Assembly: GCA_030324005.1 (NCBI GenBank)
Contig: JARDVH010000042.1
Location: 37,178,660-37,242,659, forward strand
Length of the DNA stretch: 64,000 bases
Source of the DNA: Negaprion brevirostris
Lineage: Eukaryota
Direction of reading: 5' to 3'
Under the pieces are notes generated by a model. The model was not told where the DNA came from, searched no databases, and worked only from the letters and a program-made list of their open reading frames with translations. Both the position numbers and the translations under genes were made by a program. Positions 1-12,698 of the stretch are shown here, piece after piece (position 1 is the first letter of the stretch; every line of letters starts with the position of its first letter).

Positions 1-527
1 GAGGTAGTAGTAGAGGCAGGTACAATCTTATCTTTTAAAAAGCATTTAGATAGCTACATGGGTATGATGAGTATAGAGGGATATGGGCCAAATGCGGACA
101 ATTGGGATTAGTTTAGAGGTTTTAAAGAAAAAAGGGCGGCATGGACAAGTTGGGTCAAAGGACCTATTTCTCTGCTGTAAACCTCTGTGACTCTATGACA
201 CTCAAAGAATGGAGGAAGATTGGAACTCACTGTCTGGAAGTGTGGTGGAGGCAGAAATCCTCATAACATTAAGGAAGTATTTAAGTGCGCACTTACAATG
301 CCGAGGCACACAAGATTGTGCAGCAAGTACTGGAAAATGAGATTAGAATAGTTACGTGGTTTGTCTTTGACTGTTATAGATGTGATGGGCTGAAGGTCCT
401 TTTTCTGTGCTGTATACCTCTAGGATACAGATTTGATGTTACTATCAGATCAGCCATGACCTTATTAAATAGCAGAGCAGCCTTGAGGGGCCAAATGGCC
501 TCCTCTGCTCCTTGTTCATATGTTCAG
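1..527 (+). mobile_element. Cluster of CR1-like LINE 3' ends (about 1-197, 205-422, 445-527)
   Basis: Typical ORF2-end and 3' UTR text (gtagaggcaggtacaatc...tttaaaaagcatttagat; gggccaaatggcctcctctgctcct) with short tandem tails (ctctgtgactctatga; gttcatatgttc). Confidence 0.75.
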
Positions 528-1779
528 AGGTTGATATTTAGAGTTTATTGTCACCACTGAGCTCTTATCAATGGTTATTGCTTTCACCCACTGCAAGTAT
601 TATAATAACACAGCCCTTCAAAATAATTATATCTTATTATCTTTGAATCAATATAAAGGACATTTCATGAGATGTGGATGTTTAAAAGTTTTATTGTTAA
701 TCTGAAGAACATACAAGCTTGTACTAATTTTGCATTAACCATCAGAATTGGAGCCTAATACAAAAACAAGAGTATTATTACACAGTTGCTAAGATTGCAG
801 TAGTTAGTCCATCCCTATTACATAACTTATGTTTGTTCATATAACTTACTGACAGGTCTTAAGCCCCATTTTATTTTCAATATATTGGTAAGGAATTTTT
901 ATACAACAATAAAACAAGCCATTCAAGTCCTTGAAGTCAAAATCTCACTTCTGACTGACCTTATTGTTCTCGAAGGGAAAGTCAACTTCTATAATAGGAA
1001 TTTCTTGAATGAGATATAGGTAAACACAAGTATCAATATTTCCCCTTGAACAAATCACAGAATGCTAATACTTTTTAAAAAGTATTTTGCATAAATTACT
1101 GGTATAATTATTCATTTTGGCAACAGCTTAAAAATTTGAACCACTTAAACTATTTTTCAAAGTATTCCATAAACAGATTGTTTAAGTTGATAAATATCCA
1201 NNNNNNNNNNACAATTCAGAAGAAATTTGCACATTTTTGAATTGCACAAGATTTCTTTCTTGGCTTTCAATCATGCCTTCATTTGTTTTCTTGTCATTTT
1301 TGAGAAAAGCAATTTGACAGCAGGCTACGTAAATGACCCCAGAATGCATTTCCAATGCAGCAAGTCTATTCCCAACTTTAGGCATAATTTGTCAATAATT
1401 TTCATCAGGATTCTCCCAACTGTCCACTGTGGCTTCAGCGAGCAATCAACGGAAACCTGGCATAAGTGGCCTAAACATTTATCTGTGGCTTCTAACAATC
1501 TCCCTCCAAGTTTACAATGGAAAATCAGACAACCGTGGAAATTCTACTCCCAATAATTCCTCAAAAATGTCTACCCACAGATCTTTTTTATTGGGAAGCT
1601 TTGTCAATAATTCGAGAAAGTTCCTATCCTTCTTAAAATGGTGTGCAAAATTATGAGTGATTTTAATAGAGCAATGTAATCAAATCTGTTTTCACTGGCT
1701 AGTGAGTTGGAGACTGGAGGACTCAGGTGGTCATTTCATCCACTGTGCTTGAATATTTATGCGATAATTAATTGAGTCA

Positions 1780-2002
1780 TAGGACAGATGATAATTTTAT
1801 TTTTGCAGTGAGTTTTTATAATATGAAATGCAGTATCCGAAAGGGTGGTCGAAGCAGATTCAAACTTTCAAAAGGAATTGGGAATATACTTGCAATGAAA
1901 AAAATACTGGGTTATGAGTAATGTATAGGGAAATAGGGCTGGTTGAAGAGCTCTTTCAAAGAGGTGGCACAGGTCCAATCAGCAAAATGGTCTCCATTCT
2001 CT
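1780..2002 (+). mobile_element. Decayed CR1-like LINE 3' fragment
   Basis: gggtggtcgaagcagattca...tttcaaaaggaattgg...agctctttcaaagag. Confidence 0.6.
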
Positions 2003-2004
2003 AG

Positions 2005-2275
2005 ATCACAGAACCCTACAGTGCAGAAAGAGGCCCTTCGGTCCATCGAGTCTGCACCAAACACAATCTCACCCAGGCTCTGCCCCAAATTCCTACATAT
2101 TATACCCACTAATCCCTCTAACCTACGCATCCCTGGATACTAAGGGGCAATTTCTTAGCATGACCAATCACCCTAACCTGCACATCTTTGGACTGTGAGA
2201 GGAAACCAGAGTACCTGGAGGAAACACATGCAGACACGAGGAGAATGTGCAAACCCCACACAGACACGAAGGTTG
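2005..2275 (-). mobile_element. HE1-like V-SINE with CR1-type tail (head lost in gap)
   Basis: V-domain text (cctaacctgcacatctttggactgtgagaggaaaccagagtacctggaggaaac) plus tail cagaaccctacagtgcagaaagaggcccttcgg. Confidence 0.85.
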
Positions 2276-4130
2276 NNNNNNNNNNNNNNNNNNNNNNNNN
2301 NNNNNNNNNNNNNNNNNNNNNNNNNNNNNNNNNNNNNNNNNNNNNNNNNNNNNNNNNNNNNNNNNNNNNNNNNNNNNNNNNNNNNNNNNNNNNNNNNNNN
2401 NNNNNNNNNNNNNNNNNNNNNNNNNNNNNNNNNNNNNNNNNNNNNNNNNNNNNNNNNNNNNNNNNNNNNNNNNNNNNNNNNNNNNNNNNNNNNNNNNNNN
2501 NNNNNNNNNNNNNNNNNNNNNNNNNNNNNNNNNNNNNNNNNNNNNNNNNNNNNNNNNNNNNNNNNNNNNNNNNNNNNNNNNNNNNNNNNNNNNNNNNNNN
2601 NNNNNNNNNNNNNNNNNNNNNNNNNNNNNNNNNNNNNNNNNNNNNNNNNNNNNNNNNNNNNNNNNNNNNNNNNNNNNNNNNNNNNNNNNNNNNNNNNNNN
2701 NNNNNNNNNNNNNNNNNNNNNNNNNNNNNNNNNNNNNNNNNNNNNNNNNNNNNNNNNNNNNNNNNNNNNNNNNNNNNNNNNNNNNNNNNNNNNNNNNNNN
2801 NNNNNNNNNNNNNNNNNNNNNNNNNNNNNNNNNNNNNNNNNNNNNNNNNNNNNNNNNNNNNNNNNNNNNNNNNNNNNNNNNNNNNNNNNNNNNNNNNNNN
2901 NAACTCATGCCCCCAAACCACTCCCCATGGTCCCTCGTACCAAATTGTATGTATCAGGTTAATTTTGCTGAGATGGGAAATTTCCAAACTCTTAACTATT
3001 CATCCCAGTAGTCAAAATTTGGTGTGATGAGTTGGATTTCTTTCTCGGTTATGTGCATCTGCAGTTGCATGTTTGAACTGGAAAATAATCTTTCATTTGT
3101 TCAGAGGAAAAGGATGGTAAAATCGGCTTCTGGGGGATAAGGTAGTATATTTCACACAGATTTTCCATAACCTTGGTGATATATGTCTGCAGGCTTGTTT
3201 CTGATGAATAAATTGCTGCAGAAATTGATTTATTTCAATTCCCCAAAGGACGTTTCTTCATGTGTCCTTAGATGGCTGCCTACTCTAAATCCTTCAGAGT
3301 GGGAACACAAGAGAAAAATGGATAAAGATATCCAAAAGCATTTCAGTTGCACACCCATTAGCACTCCAAATGTGTGAGCTGAGATACGCTGTCCTGTTAA
3401 TTGCTGAGGCAAATAACATTGAGTAGAATCTTAGGGGATGAGGTTGGTTTATTAAAAAAACAGTTAACACATCTTTGAAAAGCACATGGTATCAATAGAA
3501 CCTTTTCTACTTGAGTAGTTGGAATTTCAAGACTGTGTACAGGAGGAAGTAACTGGAGAGATTACTTTCCTGAAGTGTGAGAGGCAGAGGAAGGAAATAG
3601 GGAGAATCATGACTGAGAATGCAGCAGAGGCAAAACGTAGTTGAGGGATGCACATTTTTAATCGAATAAGTGCCCTATGGTATTACTCGGTATGACATGG
3701 AGAATATAATCATAGAAAAAATTCAGTCTGCCAAAAAGAAAATGGGAAGTTTCATTTAATAATGTTCCTTTCCCAGTTTATTTTCAAATTTTGAAGTCAC
3801 TTAAAAAAGGCTGTTGCTTAAAACCAAAAAAATCCAGCTGTTGAGCATCTGTCAAAAGGTGTCAGTCAACTTAAGGCAAGATATAAAGCTGGGCTGAACT
3901 TATACCTTAGCTCATAATTTTAATTGAAAATCATACTTCCTCACGAACTGATGTTTGTTAATAGTATGGTGATATTATACCCACTAATCCCTCTAACCTA
4001 CGCATCCCTGGATACTAAGGGGCAATTTCTNNNNNNNNNNNNNNNNNNNNNNNNNNNNNNNNNNNNNNNNNNNNNNNNNNNNNNNNNNNNNNNNNNNNNN
4101 NNNNNNNNNNNNNNNNNNNNNNNNNNNNNN

Positions 4131-4208
4131 TAGGTGTTGATGTGATCGGCGCAACTCGTGGGCCGAAGGGCCTGTTTGTGCTGTAGTGTTCTATGTTCTA
4201 TATTCTAG
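4131..4208 (+). mobile_element. CR1-like LINE extreme 3' tail
   Basis: gggccgaagggcctgtttgtgctgtagtgttctatgttctatattcta. Confidence 0.7.
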
Positions 4209-4599
4209 TCAGGGTACATGTATATTGGGAAAACGTTCTCTTTAAGCAGCTGAGAAAGTGGCATTGAATTTATCATCTTGCAGGTTATTTCAATGTAAAG
4301 CACAGATCTTAAGTTAATCCATTCAAACTCTCTACCCAATACCATTTTGATGGTTGACTTTCCCTTTAATATCATTTACATATTAATACATTCTTAAGTC
4401 ACTCAGTGCATCACAGGGACAATGACTGCTGTACAATCACAGACAAGCCAACGGTCTAGCAGTTTGAATAGCCTGTAGTAAAATTGATTTCTCCATAAAT
4501 CCTCTGTTGTTCTACAATGTTATAGCTGAAGGATGTCTTTTGTTGTCCTTCAAAGAGCCAATTTTAAATTATCCACATCAGTGAAAAAGAAAACTGTCT

Positions 4600-7138
4600 T
4601 AAACCTTAATGCAGTATTTTTATTTTGGAAAGGTTCACCTTCCCCGATAAAATTTAACTGTGTTAACCTCCTTCTTGATTGTGTTAGTCTCCTTCTCAGC
4701 AGGACAAATATGTAAATGTGGCTTTATAAGTGCCAGACTAATCGACTTCTTGGTCTCAAATCAATTTTTTGTAGGGTGTGGAACATCAATTTTTTTCAAG
4801 CTTGCCATAAAAGCAATGAATAAAATGTTCACAAATGTTACCGTCCTCAGTATCCAACATAATTTTAAGCAGCAGGGCTCAATTATTCAAACAGAATTTG
4901 AAAAGGGTACTGGTATAACTCAGTCATTGGATAAATATCATTTTCAATATTCATTAAGAGAACAGCTTTTAGAGACACAGTGAAAAGGATACTGCAGCTC
5001 TGGAGAGACTCAGAAAAATAGAAAATAATCTTATCTATACCACCTCTTGTAAAAATTAAAGCTGCTATGGTTAAACTGAGCAAAAAGGAATGTTAACAAA
5101 CTTCTGACATAATGGCAATGAAGGTGCAATTTCTAAAAGTGTCTCCCCTTTTAAATTACCTGGAAATCGGATTACCAACATTTTGCATAAGGTTTAACAG
5201 TAACATCATTATATAGTCATGGATGTAATCATACCTGGCCAACAGTGTAAGAATTGATGTCATGCAACAGGCTTGCAATCTTAGATCTCAAATCAGGGAT
5301 ACAGAAATAAGGTGCATTAGGGCTTAATTAAGTTTGTGGTTTGGCTTTCAGGTTACCTACATTTATTATTATTCAAGCTCTGATGTTTTTGCCATTCTAT
5401 CCAGGAACAAAGTGAAAATTCCTGTTGTGGGGCATTATAAAGGATAAAATTGACTGGAACTTCCAATCTGATATTTTTGCAAGCTTTACAGTCATATGCC
5501 TATACAATATGAAAGCTATAAATGACAATGCCACGTGTGAAAACTTTGCTTCATAGACAGAGGCAACAACTAACAGAACTGCCAAACACATGGTTTACTT
5601 TTGTTATCTTACAACAAAATGGTGCACACTTGAAATGCTCATTAAATGTCATTAATGTTCGATACGCAATATAAACACATATATTCAAGTGATGAATAAT
5701 TTAGGAATCCCAGTAAATAAGGCTTCTATACACTACATGATCCATTTCCTTTATCAGTACACAGATGCCTACCGTCCATACACTTGTCAGTTTAATGCTA
5801 TATTATACTACATTAATTTTTAGTCAGAAATAAAAGTGCTTTAAAAAGAAGATATTGATAATTAAATCTAAGAAACATTGTGATTAGACTATGTTGGACT
5901 TGGTTTACCAATAGTTAAATTCTGAAGATATCATACAACACCTTTTGGATCACTGCTGTATTACAGTGAGTGAATTTTTAATGATTTTTTTAATCATTTC
6001 CTTTGCTATGTTGCAGAATTCAAATACTGGGGTGGGCGTCAAATTACTCAATAACAAATGACTCAAATGGAGTGACTTACAGTGACATCATGTAGTGTGT
6101 TCAGCAATATACAGAGATCATTTTACATTTATCACAGCAGAACTGAATAGATCGAGACTGGGTGGACAACTCATGTTTTAACAGCTCCCTCAAACTTAAA
6201 ACACACTTATGAAACATTTATTTTTCTTTATATTTCTTCTAAACAGCAATTGCCTCTCTTTTCATTAAAAAAATAAAAGTTGTAACAGAATAATTTAAGT
6301 TGGAAATGCAAACATGTAGTACAATAATGATAAGACTTTGGAACCCTTGCACTCCAAACAAAAAGTGGTTGATGTGTACCCACACATTAGCATCTATGGT
6401 CTTGTACATTCAAAGATTATTATTCTTGTGTATTGTCAGGGTCACAAACTTTATAGCCTAATTTTTAAAATATATTACAGTAACCTAATATGCATTTACT
6501 GGTTTCTCCATTAGCATTTTAAATACATGTCCAATACAATATGTTTTTATTTGGAACATTGGAAGTAGGAAGGTTTCTAAGCAGGATTCATGCATCTGGG
6601 AAAAATGGCACCTTCATAGGGATTTTCAGTCTCTTACAACATGGGACATGCACAATTTGAAAGCTCTTTCAATGCTCAATTAATCCTTTTAATGTCTGGA
6701 ACATCTTGACTGTAATGACAAAGAAAAACTGAAACTAGTCTATTGAAAAAGCATATCATTCTTAGGAGCCAAAGAGAACAAAATATTTGTAATAAATAAG
6801 ATATCACTATTGGCATCTGCAATAATGACAGGAGATTTTAGTCTGATGCATATCAATCAAACTTGGGGGCAGTGGGGAGGGGGTGGTAAAGTCTGCAATT
6901 ATAAAGGTCTATTTCATTATGTATAAATTAACAAACATGAAAATAAACTTCTAAGGAAGAAAAAAATCAGCATATGAAAGTCTGATAAAGGGTAGGCCTT
7001 GACCAGCTAGCTTGACTCATACCTATCGCAAACTGAACACTTGTTCATGAAAACCCTTTCATATCTTACAGGTTTGTGCAGTTTTTGTTGAGATAGTCTA
7101 AGGACAGTGATAACTCTCTTGACAGTAGCCAGTATTCA
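4600..7138 (-). other. EDIL3: Probable EDIL3 3' UTR (distal end uncertain)
   Basis: AT-rich and free of recognisable repeats downstream of the stop. Minus-strand AATAAA at 6546-6551, 6217-6222, 5362-5367 and 4619-4624. The last is followed by a U-rich tract. Confidence 0.55.
4619..4624 (-). terminator. Candidate polyadenylation signal (AATAAA)
   Basis: tttatt on + strand. Downstream on the minus strand lies gtttctttttc (U/GU-rich), near the end of the repeat-free block. Confidence 0.35.
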
Positions 7139-7285
7139 TCACTCTTCGGTGCATCCCAGTAACTCCGTTCGCAGAGTGATTCTGCCGTACCACGACCAGG
7201 GCAAGATCCTGATATATCGTGCATAAATAGGAGGATCTATTACATTTTTTCTGTGTGTGTCATTATCAAAATTACCTTGGAAAAC
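7139..7285 (-). CDS. EDIL3: EDIL3 last coding exon including stop, 147 nt
   Basis: ggcag|GTT TTC CAA GGT AAT...TGC ACC GAA GAG TGA, i.e. [48 protein letters not shown]. Not in the ORF track. Confidence 0.97.
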   Translation of the reverse strand, partial: VFQGNFDNDTHRKNVIDPPIYARYIRILPWSWYGRITLRTELLGCTEE

Positions 7286-7839
7286 CTGCCGGTTGAAAAA
7301 TAAAATATGTGTCATTGCTAATCAAACAACATGACCCCGCCCTCATCCACCAATAGTCATTAAAATCTACATTTAATGCTGCAAGAGAGAAGGAAGGTAA
7401 AGCTTCCAGAAGTGATTGAATCGAAGTCTTTAAAACTATTAACAGATGCAGAAAGAATGTTTCCAGCTGTGGCGCAATCCAAAGCCACATACAAGAGACT
7501 CACTGGTCAATCTAATAGGAAATAAGGAGAAGTATCTTGTCTCATAGGCGAGAATTTTGCAATTGCATTGGTCACGGATTCAAGTGGAGACCTGGGGGCA
7601 AATCCTGCAAGAAGCCAAAACTGTGAATCTCGCTTTGGGATCTTGGGATGCGATTACCCCCCCATACCACACACACACCATAGTAAGAGTCCTGCTCCCA
7701 GAAAGGTCAGGAACCTCATTTAAATACATTTTGATTTCATTTGCAAGCTTCCCCACTTCATCTTCCCCCCACTGCATTGTACCCTCACATTGAAGTCTAT
7801 GCCCGCACCAATGTGCCATCATGTTGGCAAGGTTTACAA

Positions 7840-8180
7840 CAAGCTTTTAAAAATGGGAACCGGGGAAGGGAATCCATCTTATCTGAATACAGGTAAGCAC
7901 AGCCCCTGAAGGATGACATGCTTGCGTAGTACCCTGGCACTGCTCTCTGGCACTGTTCCCTTGCATTGGCCCGGGGGGTGGCAGTTCCAGCAAGGGGGAC
8001 GGGCGTGGGGGGGGGGTGTGGCATCTGGACCGCACGGGGTTTCCCATGTCCGTTGGGGATTGGGGTTTCCTGTGTCGGGGAGAAATGGGGAGGGGAAGAG
8101 CGGGTGGTGGGCTCCTAGAGTACATGGGGATCTTGAGTGTACACCATTTAGAATCACATGACCATGAATCAGGCACCTTA
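7840..8180. mobile_element. GC-rich fragment of a non-autonomous DNA-transposon-like repeat
   Basis: Shares ggcactg/cagtgcc/ggcagt motifs with the elements at ~20.3-20.7 kb and 32.5-35.1 kb. Confidence 0.45.
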
Positions 8181-8715
8181 AGATTGAACTAATAATGGTT
8201 TTTGGTATTTTCCTGTGGCTTTAGTTCAAACAAAATTCTAGCTAGTCCAGTTGTCAATAACAATCAACTTCATCATTGTGAAGATTTCCATCTATGTTGC
8301 AAATGGATTCCTCCCTTTGTATTGGTTGTTTACCTGATGCTGTCTTAAATGGCAAATTTATAAGGGAATCATCAACAGTGCTGTAGACTTTAATACCAAG
8401 GTGTTTAAACTAAAGAAAGCCTTTCAAATGATTTTGTTACTTACCTTCATAAAAACAAAATCCTGAATGATTCACTCATTTGGTTATCTTAGTTGCACAT
8501 TAAATAATAAATAAATGTTCATAAATCCTACAGGAGTTCAAGAATGACTGAATAAGGTCTTGCTGCATCATGNNNNNNNNNNNNNNNNNNNNNNNNNNNN
8601 NNNNNNNNNNNNNNNNNNNNNNNNNNNNNNNNNNNNNNNNNNNNNNNNNNNNNNNNNNNNNNNNNNNNNNNNCTGCATCATGCCAACTCAGTGTGTGGAA
8701 ATTTCCAAAACTTAC

Positions 8716-8871
8716 CTTATCCTTTTGTTGTTTTACATCTTTATAAATAGACCAGTTCCTTCCATCATTACTGTAAGCTATCTTGTACGAACCCACAAAT
8801 TGTATGTGCCCAAAGTCTTTTGCACCCTGGGTGATTATACCAGTCACTTTAGTTGGAACAAGCAGGTCAAT
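8716..8871 (-). CDS. EDIL3: EDIL3 penultimate exon (discoidin domain 2, middle), 156 nt, phase 0-0
   Basis: catttttag|ATT GAC CTG CTT GTT CCA...AAG GAT AAG|gtaagt, i.e. [52 protein letters not shown]. Confidence 0.97.
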
Positions 8872-9444
8872 CTAAAAATGGAAGAAAGGTAAAATATAAA
8901 ACATTTCTTGGCTAAGAGAGAGTTCCACCAGTTTCTTGAGAGGAAAAATTAGTCCAAACTTCTGTTTGATGGAAAATGAAACTGGCTTTTCTGCTATTTC
9001 CACGTAAAATATTTTGCACATCAAAGCAGTGTTAGTAAGTTCCAGCCTCATTTGTATCTTTCACAATATTACTTATTAAGTCACATCAAGTAAATTAACA
9101 CATTATTGCTGAATACTAAATAGAATTAAACGTAAGCGAAGTAAAACACAATAAAATTCACAGTATTTTCTGAATGGCCATGTTGTTCATTTTAGTGCAA
9201 AGATGTGACTGCAATTATGAAGACCTGTGTAAACTGGTGAACGTTTGCAGAATTTGCTTCAAGATTTATACATTCAAAACAAATTCCAAAAACAGTGAAA
9301 CTAATAACTCAATGCTCCTCAATGTTAATGACGGGTTTCCAAATGAGTTTAAACAGCTTAGTAAAATGTAATACTTCCCATTCAACAGCAGCAAATATTT
9401 CAATATAAATGTTCCTCTTTCAATAGAATTTGGAATATTAAAGT

Positions 9445-9665
9445 TAAAAATTTATTTATTAGTCACAAGTAGGCTTACATTAACACTGCAATGAAGTTAC
9501 TGTGAAAATCCCCTAATCACCGCACTCCAGCAACTGTTCGGGTACTGAGGGAGAATTTAGCATGGCCAACACACCTAATCTGCACGTCTTTCAGACTGTG
9601 GAAGGAAACCAGAGCACCCGGAGGAAACCCACGCAGCTTGGGCCACTTTCTGTGTGGAGTCCGTA
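9445..9665 (-). mobile_element. HE1-like SINE with alternative tail B, 5'-truncated, with a short inverted piece
   Basis: tttattagtcacaagtaggcttacattaacactgcaatgaagttactgtgaaaatcccct plus V-domain. About 9636-9665 is a SINE piece in the opposite orientation. Confidence 0.8.
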
Positions 9666-9699
9666 CTCTTTGACCCCATTCCCACTAAACAAGTGACCA

Positions 9700-10655
9700 C
9701 TTAAGTTTTCTCCCTGACTCTTACGCTAACTGGCATTGAAATTGGTTCTCTCTCCTCAGGTAATCTTCTTTTTCAAAACTACTGTCACCACTCTCTCCAA
9801 ACACTCAACCTCAAGTCCTCAGTCTTGCAAATTACCCGCCGAATTCTTGTCTCTCTTTCCTTTTCAAAGTTCTTGAAGCTAAAATCCTTGTAAATCTATG
9901 GCTGCCTTCTTTGTATTCCGTATATCTCTCCTGTCATATTTCTGCACTACCACAGAACCAAAACAACTCTAACCAAAGTCTCAAATTGTGTCCACTGTGA
10001 CTGTTTTAAAGTTTATTTATTAGTATCACAAGTAAGGCTTACATTATCACGGCAATGAAGTTACTGCGAAATTCCCCTAGCTGCCACATTCTGGCACCTG
10101 TTCAGGTCAACCACAGTGATAGTGCACTGTCTGTAACCACAGGTTGTACCTGTAACCACAGGTCTGTACCCACAGGCAGTAACCACAATGGTAGTGCAAT
10201 ATCTCCCCACTAGACCTTCTTCCAATGTTGCCATCACAGGGATGGCCAACTCTTGAGCCAATGAAACTGCGAAGTGCAATTCCAATACTCATATAGCTAG
10301 TCTCACATCGCTTACCCTCTGTAAATTTAAATTCATCCAACATTCTGCTAACTGCATCCTAACCTAATCCCACTGATCACCTGCCTCCACTGACCTACAA
10401 TGCCTTCTGGTCTCCATAACCTTAAATTAAAATTGGTCACCCTGGCCTCTTCTGCATCCATTCCCTACAGCTTCATTCACTATCATCCTGCTGTGCTGCC
10501 AACCCAGTGGCTACCATGTCTTCAGTTGGCTAGGACCCAACTTTTACAACTTCCTTCCCATCTCTTCATTAAAGCCCAACTCTTTGATCAAGTTTCTAAT
10601 CACCTCTCTGAACATCTCCTCGTTTGACTCAGCATCTATTTTTGTGATTACACCT
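9700..10655 (+). mobile_element. Very old L2-like LINE fragments, interrupted by a SINE tail at 10005-10107
   Basis: gcaaattacccgccgaattcttgtctctctttccttttcaaagttcttgaa resembles NYRPISxLPFLSKVLE. L2-like 3' end near 10560-10655. Confidence 0.5.
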
Positions 10656-10656
10656 T

Positions 10657-10955
10657 AAAGTTTATTTATCACTGTCGCAAGTAGGTTACATTCACACTGC
10701 AATAAAGTTACTGTGAAAAATCCCCTAGTTGCCACACTCCAGCCATTGTTTGGGTACACTGAGGGAGAATGCAACATGGCCAGTGCACCTAATCAGCAGG
10801 TCTTTCGAACTTCAGGAGGAAACCAGATCACCTGGAGGAAATCCACGCAGTCACAGGGAGAACGTGCAGACTCCACACAGACAGTGACCCAAGCCAGGGA
10901 TCGAACCAGGGTCCCTGGTGCTGTAAGGCAGCAGTGCTAACCACTGTACCACGAT
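10657..10955 (-). mobile_element. Near full-length HE1-like V-SINE, tail B
   Basis: tRNA-derived head (revcomp tggtacagtggttagcactgctgcc...ggttcgatccc: A and B boxes), V-domain and tail B. Confidence 0.9.
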
Positions 10956-12495
10956 ACAAAGTGCTCAAGGATGATGTTTTAAGTAGTCTGGACAGAGCAA
11001 TTCTAATAAAATCATAACGTAGGTTGCTTTTGTAAATTTCAATTTAAATTAATAGATGCTGTGAATAAAACGGCTCTGAATGAACAGGAATCGACTAGGA
11101 GAATGTTTTTATTTATGTACTTTTAACTTGAAATAATATGCACACTCAACTCGTGTGAAATCTGGGCCAGGACACACCATGAGGAGGCTGCAAAATCCTG
11201 GCCCTGATTTTAAAGTAGAAGTGTCCACCTTAAATGATGATTTCTTTACTGTAATATAAAGGAGAAACTTGAATGCCATATTATTTATCAGCTCGTGCTG
11301 AAATGTTAATCAAAGAAACAAAGGCACTTGTATATGTTCGAAATCCGTGAAAAATACATTAAAATCAAGCCAAACCTTTCAAAGGTTTCAAAGCATATGG
11401 TTGTCATGCCAAAAACATGACCCACAATTCAGCATGTTGAGCTAAATAAATTGCTCTGGAATAAAATACATTAATGCTTCTATAACAAACAGTTTCCATG
11501 TGTGAGATTAGAGCAGATCCTGTAAATGAAAAAAGCAAGTTTGTTATTTGGTGCCAGAAGTGTATAATTATGATGATCTATTTGGAGGGATTTCCCACAT
11601 GAAATTTAATTAGATTAAAAATGTAAAATTACCCATGTGTTACAAATCAACAATAAAGATTGTAATCATTTTTGATGTTACAAGGTTTTTTTTAAAAAAT
11701 CTTAATAGGTCTAATTCTTGCGATTAGCCATACAGATTTTTATCTAACACTCCACTTCTCAGCTTGAATGGTGTGGCAGACAAATAGAAATTAATAAAAA
11801 TCTGTTTATTCAAGGTCCTCCTGCCATGATATTTAAGCACATTATGAGCTAGGTGGCCAGCACTTCTGCAACAACACTGGGGTCCTGCCTCATGGTTGGG
11901 TCTTGTGGAATTTTGGTTTCACACTGCATGTGNNNNNNNNNNNNNNNNNNNNNNNNNNNNNNNNNNNNNNNNNNNNNNNNNNNNNNNNNNNNNNNNNNNN
12001 NNNNNNNNNNNNNNNNNNNNNNNNNNNNNNNNNNNNNNNNNNNNNNNNNNNNNNNNNNNNNNNNNNNNNNNNNNNNNNNNNNNNNNNNNNNNNNNNNNNN
12101 NNNNNNNNNNNNNNNNNNNNNNNNNNNNNNNNNNNNNNNNNNNNNNNNNNNNNNNNNNNNNNNNNNNNNNNNNNNNNNNNNNNNNNNNNNNNNNNNNNNN
12201 NNNNNNNNNNNNNNNNNNNNNNNNNNNCACACACACACTCACACAGGAGTTGCTTTGGAATTTGCATGTTTTTGACATCTAAAATTTTTTCTTATTTTTG
12301 AAACTAAGTCACTAAAAGTCATCTGATGGATGGTGCATCAAATGCCTAAATTGAAAATCAGTTCCCATCAGTCCCCAAGTCATTAATTGTATTTAAATCA
12401 CAAGAATAAATTTTCTTAGATGTGTAATGTTTGAATTTCCTCTCCTAAGTTTTCAGATATAAAACAGAGAGCAAGGAAGAAGAGTCATTACATCA

Positions 12496-12698
12496 GGGAT
12501 GGACTTTTCCACCCCCCTGCGATTTGTTTTTCCAGCAGTGTGGATGACTTGCCATTGGTGGTGATGAGATCTTCTGGTTCCACCAGTGTCAATGGCGTTT
12601 TGCGTTGTTTGCCAGCCGAACAGGGAACCTGTCACGGTGGACTGACATCGGCGGGACTGGACAATCTCACTAGCAGATAAGAGCGGATAATTCGGCCC
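12496..12698. mobile_element. ~200-bp MITE with 3-bp TSD (TCA), PIF/Harbinger-like
   Basis: tca|gggatggacttttcc...cggataattcggccc|tca. Related in reverse orientation to 36985-37193. Confidence 0.75.

Noticed and set aside
2118-3027. Long ORFs of 120-290 aa here, at 11.9-12.3 kb and at 58.3-59.0 kb
   Set aside because: They are open only because they run through N gaps.
3972-4030. Exact 59-bp copy of 2097-2155 (SINE interior)
   Set aside because: It is 100% identical, starts mid-SINE and ends at an N gap. Most likely a scaffolding or gap-filling artefact.
8563-8682. ctgcatcatg on both sides of a 100-N gap (also tgagaat around 29965)
   Set aside because: Looks like overlapping contig ends (a negative gap), not a TSD around a real insertion.
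10657-10955. tRNA-like A/B boxes considered as tRNA genes (also at other SINE heads)
   Set aside because: They continue into SINE bodies and tails and give no intact cloverleaf.
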